From an uncultured Nitrososphaeraceae archaeon (GTDB lineage: Archaea > Thermoproteota > Nitrososphaeria > Nitrososphaerales > Nitrososphaeraceae): 64,000 bases of DNA. Below, piece by piece: positions 55,008 through 64,000 of this stretch (within the stretch, counting starts at the first letter, position 1; each line of letters starts with the position of its first letter). The notes under the pieces were generated by a model that worked only from the letters and a program-made list of their open reading frames with translations, was not told the DNA's origin and searched no databases. The translations under genes were made by a program, and so were the position numbers. The stretch covers positions 47,535 to 111,534 of the forward strand of contig CAWGVG010000057.1 in assembly GCA_963825865.1 (NCBI GenBank), given 5' to 3'.

Positions 55008-55349
55008 ATGGCTGTTCTAAGTACTTTTATACTTGATTTTCAAACTAGAGATTTTGGATCCGACTCTAAAATTGCAATAGAAATACTATCTGAATATCGA
55101 AAAATATGTAACTTTGATGATGATTCTAACGCTTTTGCTTTAGATTATCCCGTTTCCAGTGCAGGATGGTCATTTGGCAAGTTGTTTCTTTCTGGACAAT
55201 TTGTCGAAAAATTATATGAAATCAATTCGAAAGAAATTGATAATTCAAGAGGCAGGAAGTTTGAAGACAAGTTTATTTCTTGGTTTAATACAAAGTTGAA
55301 AAATAATAAATGCGAAGCATGGATAAAAATTGCTTCAGAAATGAAATAA
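55008..55349 (+). CDS. Hypothetical protein
   Basis: 113-aa ORF 6 nt downstream of the previous gene on the same strand. Confidence 0.7.
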   Translation: MAVLSTFILDFQTRDFGSDSKIAIEILSEYRKICNFDDDSNAFALDYPVSSAGWSFGKLFLSGQFVEKLYEINSKEIDNSRGRKFEDKFISWFNTKLKNNKCEAWIKIASEMK

Positions 55350-56005
55350 GAGAAAACGATGCTTTTGAGAGGATAGAAATATTATGTATACAAAAGACTC
55401 TATGCTAATAAATTCTATTGCAATCCAGAAAGGATCTATCAGCCTATTCAAAATATATATTTTAGGCTCTGTAGAAACCATACTTTCTCTATCGCATCAA
55501 AGCTTTGTAAGAGTATAATACAATATACTTATTGAAAGAATCAAGGTACGTCAAACTTGCTAATACTATATTTCGTGTTTTTTCCACCATCAAAATCAAA
55601 GGCCATATTTTATGAAAGTTGTCATAAATGGATTTTATTTTTAGAAGACAATGAAATTGGGAATTTGTGTCTGGATTATTGATTAGAGATTTGTTGGTGT
55701 AGATTCGAATCATCTACTCCATGCCATTCGCGTTAATAATTCACAATATTGATTGGTTGTGATAAATTATTATTGGTAGAACGGTCCTGTCAAGTTAAGC
55801 AAAGATAACGTCTAAAGCTGATTCAATTAAACATGAATGTGAATATGTTTGAGCGTAAGAGGACCAAACCATATGTTATCAGATACGCCTTGTACCTGTT
55901 CTTTATTGGCTTGAGTCTTAGAAGTACGTCTAAAGCACAACAACTGTAGAAAACTAGAAAAGATTAATTATGCCAAAATTCTTTCAGCTATATGTATAGT
56001 AGCAT

Positions 56006-57169
56006 ATGACTGACTGGGACCTGCTGACACCGGGAATAGGTCTTACTTCAATAGGGATTGTGGGAGTCGGAATTTCGCTTGCTGGAATTGCCAAGACTTT
56101 TGTGGAAGGAATGCATGCAGTTTCGTTATTAACAATGTTTATTGGTATGATTTTTCTTGCATCTGGTTTATTTAAAGATGGTTTCCCCTCAACCGGAAAA
56201 GCAAAATCTGCTACTTTCATTACACTAGGTTTCCTTGTGACGTTTGGTGTTGCTGCTGCTGTAATAACAAGCGTACAAATTCCAAGTATCTTCGCATATA
56301 TTGGATTGATGATGATAATTTCAATTCCAGCTACAGTTCTAGCAGTTGCGTCATATAAGAGAACTCCTTATATCAAGGCACTTGCAGTTATTTTCATTGG
56401 AGCTGCAGTAATCGGAGGCGCTAGCTTCTATGTATTTGGATTGGTCGCTCCAAAGACACCCGCTACTCAATCTAATGCAGGAAACATAACCACTACTGGA
56501 CAGACGGCAGCTCAACTGCCTCCAAAGTTATCGCAAATCATAAAGGTAAGCATTTTGCCTGGTGCATCTGCCCAGGGCAACCCAAATTTCGATCCCAAAA
56601 ACCTTAACGTTCCAAAAGGGGCAGGAATAGAATGGACAAACAATGATAATGCTCCTCATACTGTAACAAGTTCCAAAGATGTGGGTAAATCTTTTGATTC
56701 CTCGCTTATCAAACCAAAAGGAAGCTTTACTCTTGATACTTCAAAGCTAACTGGGAAGGAGTACGATTACTTTTGCACAGTGCATCCGTTTATGAGAGCT
56801 AAATTTACAATAGGTGGTGCTGAAAAAACCACTGCCGCTCTAATCGTACAGGTTCTCAGTCTGTCACTAATGGAACTAATAAGCAGCCAATTTCAGCCAC
56901 TATTGTAAAAGGAGCAGCAACTCTTGCCAACAATGCTTATAATCCTGCAAATCTTGTAGCAAAAAATGGTCAGATAATTAAGTGGACAAATACTGATAAT
57001 ACAATGCACACAATAACAAGCAAAGCTGATCAAGGCAAATCGTTTGACTCTGGTATTTTAAAACCAAATGCCGAATTTACATTTGATGCTTCAAAGCTGG
57101 CTCAGGTGATTATACTTACTTTTGCACATGCATCCTACTATGAGTGGAAAATTAACAATAAAGAAGTAG
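56006..57169 (+). CDS. Multi-TM membrane protein with two C-terminal cupredoxin domains (frameshifted)
   Basis: Hydrophobic N-terminal 145 aa; domain 1 HTVTS...YFCTVHPFM; domain 2 HTITS...YFC-x-x-HPTM across indels. Confidence 0.88.
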
Positions 57170-57720
57170 TATCTAATTGTAGACAAAAACATTAGGAACA
57201 ACAACTGCTACCAGAACAACAAAAATTCTACTACTATTACTATCCCAAAAAATCAAACGACCATTTTGGGAATAGAAAGAGAGGCATTTAAGAAACAAAT
57301 ATTGATCAGTATTTATTATTGATTAACATATAAAACACAAACCAAGTATCAATTCCTTGGCTAGCTGAAATTCCTGGATTGTTGTTGTCTTTAATGGAGC
57401 GCAGGACAACATGGCAATTTATCAACATAGGAGAGAGTGAGTTTTCTGTTGTGTAGCTTATGTTTTATTCTAAATTCTTTATCGTAAGTTATATCTAGTT
57501 ACTGAAATGAATTCTTCTATCCGAAGGACTGCCGTGCCAAGAAAAGATTATGGCCAAGGAGAATTCAACAAGTCTGTAGTTTATTTTATGAAATATTATG
57601 GGCTATATCTATCTAGGAATTAGACTTAAGTCATAAAACCTTCATCATCAAATACTATAAATTGGGTCAAAAGGTCAACGAATTAAATTAGATATGGCAG
57701 TATGCTCGCTATAATTACCT

Positions 57721-58854
57721 TTAACTTGGTAATTGCACCACAACTTTTCCTCTCATCCATGGATGGAAAATGTCAAAATAGTCATATGTACCTGCCTTTT
57801 TAAAGGTGACAGTAAACGAGACTGCAGATCCAGGGAATTCTTGCTCTTGTCCTTTTGGAAGTAGGAAACCTGAATTAATGTACTTCTCGCTGCCATCAAT
57901 AGTATAATTTGAATTTGGACGCATAAATTTCGCATTGCCTGATGAATCAATTACAACTGGATTAAACACCCTTTCATTAAGGGCTATTACGGTATCCATT
58001 CCATTCCTACCCGGTAATAAGGCTGGTTGACTGTTAGAACCAGGAGGTAAAGGCATGAATTTTGTTGGAGTTGAGACCGTGAATGGAGCAAATACTCCTG
58101 CCATAGATTTGTTATCTAATACGAATGTAACTGTATGTGGTTCTGGTACATGTGCTGAATTATACCATGTAACGCTTTCGCCAACTTTAACTTCTGTCTT
58201 TGATGGAAAGAATTGATTTAATGAGACTGTACTATTTCCTCCTCCTGCTCTTACGTTGACTATGATGGGATTATATTCTAAAACAAACTTGGCATTGATA
58301 TTCTTTATCTCTTCTGCTAAAGTAGCGTCGTTTAAAAAGAGTAGGTTATATGACTTTTTTGTGGGTAAATTTATATCTATATTGTTATAGGCATTAATTT
58401 CATTAATAATGTATGAAGAACATGAGGAGGGTTTAAGAGGGTTAACACATTTGCCCACGTCGACAAGATATAAATGAATCGCTGGTATGATCCCACCTTG
58501 TACAAAATATCTACCTATCAACCTTGCATTAGCTCCATTGTTATGAACAGAAATATTAAAAGGCTTACTTTGATCGCCTGGAGATACTTGTATAGACCCA
58601 TCTACAATTGTCTCGTTAACACTTGTGTCTGTTGTTTTATTATCGGCATATACTGTATGTGTTGCATTAGCCGTTGCTGTTATACTAGTTTGATTGGCTA
58701 CTGTATCTCTTGGATTGCTGATACCAGAATGTTGTGTTAATAATCCTTCCTGTGGAGATTGGCTACTGGCGTTAAGTAATGTAATTGTTAGTAGTAATAT
58801 AGTGGGTGCCGGACTACCATCTCAAATTCTCTTTTGCCTTGCAATGAGTGTCAT
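57721..58854 (-). CDS. Exported multidomain protein with C-terminal cupredoxin fold lacking the copper Cys
   Basis: The frame stays open from about 58820 to 57721; likely ATG at 58854 with a disruption near 58822. Motifs FFPxxxEVKVGESVTWYN, EPHTVTF and GTYDYFDIFHPWM. Confidence 0.8.
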
Positions 58855-59191
58855 ATGTCAAATTGATATTTACGTAATACGGAAAATTAACAATTATATT
58901 GAAAATAAAAGATATTATCTTTAGATTTATATGATGGAATTAATAACTTATTTCTGTTTCTCTTTTTCTACATGAAACCTTTTAGGAGAAATAAAAAGTT
59001 CATTATGATTGGATGACAGTATTAATGGCCGACTATGAAAATCTATATAAATAATGAATTGCCTCATGACAAAACCTGTGACTCTAGAGTGGTATATTAT
59101 GAAGGGTATTTGACCTTTAAATCTTCGTGATATACCTACATTGGAAAAACTATGATAAGAAATAGGTACAATTATTATGATAACTTGTAGC

Positions 59192-59602
59192 ATGATAACT
59201 AACATTATTTTGACTAGTCAGCAACATAATTGTTTAGTTTCTCTAGCAAAGGACTCATTGCCAAATGAATCATGTGCTCTATTAGTAGGTAACCACAACG
59301 GAAAGGAAACTTTTGTTTTGGACTTGATTCCCATGAAAAATTCTGATGCATCTATAATCTCCTTCAGCATTGCTCCACAAGAGCTTATTGATGCATATCA
59401 GACAGTAGAAAAGCAAGGAATGGAAGTAGTGGGAATATTCCATTCACATCCTGCTCAACCATTACCATCGTCGGTAGACAAAAAATTCATGCAGATTAAT
59501 CCTGTAGTATGGATAATATATTCTACCATTACAAATGAAGTTAAAGCATATATATTTGAAGAAAAAATAGAGGAGGTGCAGTTAAGAGTTACTATGGCAT
59601 GA
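59192..59602 (+). CDS. JAB/MPN+ (M67) metalloprotease
   Basis: PNESCALL and GIFHSHPxxPxPSxxD. Confidence 0.93.
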   Translation: MITNIILTSQQHNCLVSLAKDSLPNESCALLVGNHNGKETFVLDLIPMKNSDASIISFSIAPQELIDAYQTVEKQGMEVVGIFHSHPAQPLPSSVDKKFMQINPVVWIIYSTITNEVKAYIFEEKIEEVQLRVTMA

Positions 59603-59622
59603 GATTAGGTTATAGAGAGACT

Positions 59623-59796
59623 TATTAGCATCTGTGTTTTTCCATCAGTCATCTTCTGCTTGGATATCTTTTGTTCCTTCTTCATGCAATCCCTGATACC
59701 ATTTTCTCCTTTTTCTTTCTATTATTCCTAGGATTTTCATAAACAGTCCTATTAAAACCAAAATAACCTAGGCACTGTGTCTGCAGCATCAAAGAT
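59623..59796 (-). pseudogene. Relic 3' end of a family-B DNA polymerase gene (direct repeat of 62324-62481)
   Basis: Shares e.g. CTTTCTATTATTCCTAGGATTTTCATAAACAGTCCTATTAAA and TTGGATATCTTTTGTTC with the downstream polB. Confidence 0.9.
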
Positions 59797-59896
59797 GAAA
59801 ACTACATCGGCTTAGTAAAAGATACAATTTGGCAATACAACAACAACAACAAGAACGCTGGAGGCCGCATAAAGAATGATGATGATGACGATGCTT

Positions 59897-60675
59897 TTAT
59901 TTCTCTACTTGAAGTTTGTATGTAATATCTGCAAAATGAGGATTAGTACCAGGTGAAGTGAGGGCACCTGTTGGAGTGACGCGGACATTGTAAAAGATTG
60001 TATGCTCTCCAGGAGGCAGTGGCTTCAGAAACACCCACCACCCTTGACTTCCTGCGCGCCATGTTCCTGGCTTATGTTTGCTTGATGGGTGTCAGATGGC
60101 ATGGTAAGATTAAATCCCTTTGAGTAAAATTCGGTAACGTTAGTTAGAGGAATTTATCTTGTAATCCAATTTTCCTGATATCAAAGACATTCTTACGTCA
60201 AGCTTGGCAACAGGAAGGCCATCAACCTTAACATCCGATATTATATTTCCTAGATTGTATACTTCTCTTGCACATTTCGTTAACTGTTGGTCCAAATTGA
60301 CATTCGGATTCTGATGTGCGGTAGATCAATCCAGTGTCACACCATGCAATCCACAGAGGTATCATAATACCCTGCTTGGACGAAATCTTACATACCTGAT
60401 GAGGAGGAGAGCCCACATCTGCTGTGTTCATTAGCATAGCCATTGAATCTGATTTATTGATTATTCAAGCATCCGCCTGGTTTGGGAGTGAATTTATCTG
60501 TATTCAACGAGAAGTCCCAATTCCAATATTTAGAAACCCAATCATCATATGATACGCCAAATGGTTTTTCGTCTTTTGAGAACAATTCAACACCATATGC
60601 ACTGTGCAGTCCAGAAAACACAAAAAAAATTGAGAAAAGCAAAATTAATGTAACCAAGATACAAGTGTGATCCAC
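59897..60675 (-). CDS. Secreted protein of unknown function (multiple frameshifts)
   Basis: Signal peptide ending AYG; [17 protein letters not shown] ... [12 protein letters not shown] ... [16 protein letters not shown] ... ITYKLQV, a pattern I recall as an expanded Nitrososphaera family. Confidence 0.75.
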
Positions 60676-60847
60676 TAAATTTCTTAATAGTACAAAGAAT
60701 CCTATTGGTATTCATGGATTTGATTTAATTGGATTGATGTTCATATTATTATTATTTCGATAACCTAAACTAATAGGATATGCACTTCTTATACATATAA
60801 TGACATTGTGTACCACACTTTCTATTCCATAAAGTGAAGGAAAGAAA

Positions 60848-62246
60848 ATGATATAGTTATACCTCCACCTTAACCTGAGTAAAAAGACCTCACTTATCTT
60901 CATTTTGATTTTCACAACCATTGTAGTGTTTGATTCAACGATTGTAGAGTTCTCTTCATATAGCGGAGTAGAATTTCCGACCTGGTTAAACATTGCGATT
61001 TTTGTCATCTTTTCTATAATATTTGTAGCAAGTAGTACCATATTGCTAAATTCTGTGAGGAATAGTATGTCAACACATGCATACAAACCAGCACCTCGCT
61101 AGGTCTTAGGTATTTTCATAGAATAATTAGCGCTACACAAATCTTGACTGTTGCCATAATACTAATAATAATTTTTCAAATGCTCGTTCTAAATAAATAC
61201 AGTCTTATTTTGTTGAAGGTCCAAACGTATCTTAGCCATATTTCGGCATTGGTGTTTCTGTCGTTCCTGGTCTTTTTGTTTGCAGGCTGGTTATTAACTT
61301 CAAAAAGAAATTATGTAATTATGCTATATGCCATATCATTCTTTCCTTGCGTCTGTCAACCTTGTGGTCTCGCTCATATACCTTGAATCCTATTTTTCCA
61401 GTTCGTGCTTTACCTGATGTAAAACCATATCCGATCACTTCATATGTAACAAACCATCCTGCGTTACCATTTAGCTGAATCATTATCCATAGCATTTGAT
61501 GCTCTTTCTCTGTCTTCATTCTTACTTATGTGGATAGCTACAGCGATATTTCTAAGTCAGTATCGACATAAGATGGGTAGGATAAAATACTTTTCACTTA
61601 TGAGCATACCTTTGATATACTATATCTTTCCTTTCCAGAGTTATTTTGGAGATGTATTATTCTCTTTGTTGCAGTCCTCTCCTGTCTCATATAGTATAAT
61701 TTATATTTTAATTTTTAGTGCTACAAAGCAAGTTGGAGCGCTATTATTCAGCCTATCTTTTTGGACTGCATCTACACTGGTTTACGATGATAGAGTTCGC
61801 AAATCCCTTCTTATCTCCTCAATCGGCATGGCCATCCTCTTTGGTACCTTTGAAATATCACCATTGCAATATCACGTCTATCCGCCCTATGGCCTTATAA
61901 CACAGGCATTTATACCGCTAGGTGCATACCTGCTTTTTGTTGGGATTTTTACATCAGCCAAAAATATATCTCGAGATTCTGAGCTGAGAAAAGAGTTTTA
62001 CAAAAGCGCATCAAGCCAGCTGGCGCTTCTAAGGCTATAGGAGTATCACAGATGGAAAAAGAACTTGAAAAACAAGTAAAATTTGTAGAGAAACGTTCTA
62101 GAGTATCAGAAAGAACAGGTGAGCCGCATTTTGAGGAGGAGCATTTGGAGCAGGAGAATGTAAAAGAAATCTTACACGATGTATTGAACGAACTTTACTA
62201 CTCAAAGGGTAAGAAAGAGAGACATGGAAATCATAACCATAGATAA
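60848..62246 (+). CDS. Polytopic membrane protein with soluble C-terminal helix (multiple frameshifts)
   Basis: Consecutive hydrophobic ORF pieces 60905, 61144, 61528 and 62052; LMWIAT, YPPYGL, DSELRKE and MEKEL motifs; divergent from the secreted-protein gene. Confidence 0.75.
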
Positions 62247-62319
62247 TAATTTTGTACTATTCCATTGTATAGTTTGGAGAGTAGTTGATAGCACTTTTTA
62301 TAAAAAGATTGAACAGTTA

Positions 62320-63210
62320 TTATTGTTTTTCCATCATCATTCTCTGTATTTGGATATCTTTTGTTCTTTCTTCATGCAATTCCTCATACCATTTCTTTTT
62401 CTTTCTATTATTCCTAGGATTTTCATAAACAGTCCTATTAAAGCCGAAAATTCCTAAAACTGTATCTGCGGCATCAAGTATCATTTCTCTGTACTTATCC
62501 TTGTCGTAATTCAGAGTTTTATCATTTTCCTCCTTACTGTCTTTTTCTCCTACTTTTTGTAAAATCACTAAAGGTACAACTCTGCAAAGGGGATTTTTGT
62601 GTTGTGAATTTGTGTAAATATACTGGATAGTGTCGCCTTTTGTTGGGTAATTACCTCCTCCTTTTATATTACTTAATAATTGAATAGCAGCAGAGACATG
62701 AGGAAATAAGCTCTTGTACTTTTCTATTTCCTGCCCAAGCAACTTGGAGATTACAAGATCCTCTTGCTGAATCTCTTCACCTGTCATAATTTTATCTATT
62801 GCCTTGGTGACCAGTAAAAGACAATTTTCATATCCTTTGTTTTCCACTTCAGCTGAATCTTTGCAATTAAAAAGCGTGTATAGCAATTCAGTTTGGAATT
62901 GTTTTATAAAGTTTGGAATGTCATGCCTCCTTATCTCTATACCTCTAACAACTAATTCTCCTTGTTGGGTGATTCCATAGTAATGTTTGAGTGCCTCTAT
63001 GTTTTCGTCTGCTTCAACAGGCAATAAAACTAAAAACTTGATAATCGATGGAGATTGAAAGGCCTGTCTCTTTGGAAAGTGTATCTATAACTTGTTCATA
63101 ATCGCTTGTAGTTGCATCAGCGGTGGGGGCATCTATCCTTTTAATAAATACAGAGTCTGTATCTGCATATACCAGGCCATAACCTAACCCTTGGACAATA
63201 TCCTTTTTTT
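62320..63210 (-). pseudogene. 5'-truncated family-B DNA polymerase (palm motif C through thumb)
   Basis: VYADTDSVF, LKHYYG, RGIEIRRHD, KGDTIQYIY and YDKDKY; homology stops just upstream of KDIVQGLG. Confidence 0.88.
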
Positions 63211-63263
63211 TCTGCTGCGATATAAAAAATAAAAAGGGTGTAGTTTTTTGTCCTGTATGGTTA

Positions 63264-63832
63264 TTATCCACCTGTGTCAGTAGCAAACACTATTCCAGAG
63301 TCTAGCAGACATTGAATTATCTGAGCTGCTACCGATTCAGAATTAGGGTTATTTGGTCCAAGTATACATACGAAAAGGCCTTGAATGTTGGCTTGTGTGC
63401 TCCTGTGTAATATATCACATACTTGCCCCAGAGTCGGGTTGCTTGGGCCTGCAATGCGGATTAGGTCGTTTATTTGATCATTGTTAAGGAACTTTCTGAT
63501 ACATTGTTCGCAATTTAGTGGTACTGTTGGTGTTTTTGTTGTTGTTGTAGGTGTTACAACTCCCTCTTGAGAACAAGTTGCATTGTTACCTGGGTGTGTG
63601 CATATCAGGTTTTCACATTCTTGTTCTGCTGTGTTATCAAATCCACTTACTGACCCTCTTGTTTGCATGTCTGGTTGGTAACTGTGTTACCATTTTTACT
63701 ATCGTCTTGTCCTCGTTTCTTTTGTGGATAAGCAAATGCTGACTGCGTTGATTGTGTTGTTGCTAATGTTCCTACTACTAGTGTTGCTGCCATTAAGACA
63801 GCAACTAGTGCTAGAGTTTTTGTGTTGTTCAT
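63264..63832 (-). CDS. Secreted Cys-containing protein of unknown function (frameshift near 63655)
   Basis: Signal MNNTKTLALVAVLMAATLVVG...SAFA; CKQEGSVSGFDNTAEQECENLICTHP; CEQC...C...CL domain. Confidence 0.8.
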
Positions 63833-64000
63833 ATGTTACCAACTATTAGAATATCATCTATATATTTGACTTGAGGAACTTACTGCTGATTTATCTAATA
63901 TGAATTATTGCTAATTTATTTAGTATAACTATTGAGTATATTAAATGTGGTATAGTAATTGATTTACCAATATATAGTAAATATTCATTATAACTTATTT

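Noticed and set aside
62320-63210. polB as evidence for a casposon or provirus
   Set aside because: No Cas1, integrase, terminal inverted repeats or virion genes visible; the polymerase is truncated.

Overview
AT-rich archaeal DNA, almost certainly from an ammonia-oxidising thaumarchaeon of the soil Nitrososphaeraceae type. The evidence is a heme-copper oxidase subunit I with a blue-copper partner, a 3HP/4HB-cycle malonic-semialdehyde-reductase-like enzyme, PhaE, many cupredoxins, Alba, Spt5, L19e/L32e, RtcB and an intron-containing tRNA. Core genes (coxA, smc, ino1, spt5, rpl11, dtdA, sod, pckA, purB, rtcB) are separated by long spacers holding three IS elements with recognisable ends, one IS relic, gene debris and several unannotated zinc-finger microproteins. 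Many conserved genes carry single-base frameshifts, most likely long-read consensus errors; I merged those ORF pieces. The best leads are: (1) a tRNA-Gln(CUG) with three BHB introns and an upstream sequence able to replace its acceptor strand; (2) a membrane-anchored HD phosphohydrolase fused to a degenerate TrmB-like SAM-binding domain; (3) an SRPBCC domain fused to a ribbon-helix-helix-like tail; (4) a cupredoxin with Asp in place of the type-1 copper Cys; (5) direct repeats of a family-B polymerase 3' end bracketing a gene pair; (6) an inverted copy of a radical-SAM gene's 3' end just upstream of that gene; (7) a promoter plus signal-peptide module present twice, 33 kb apart. All calls are from reading the sequence and recalled family motifs; no searches were run.
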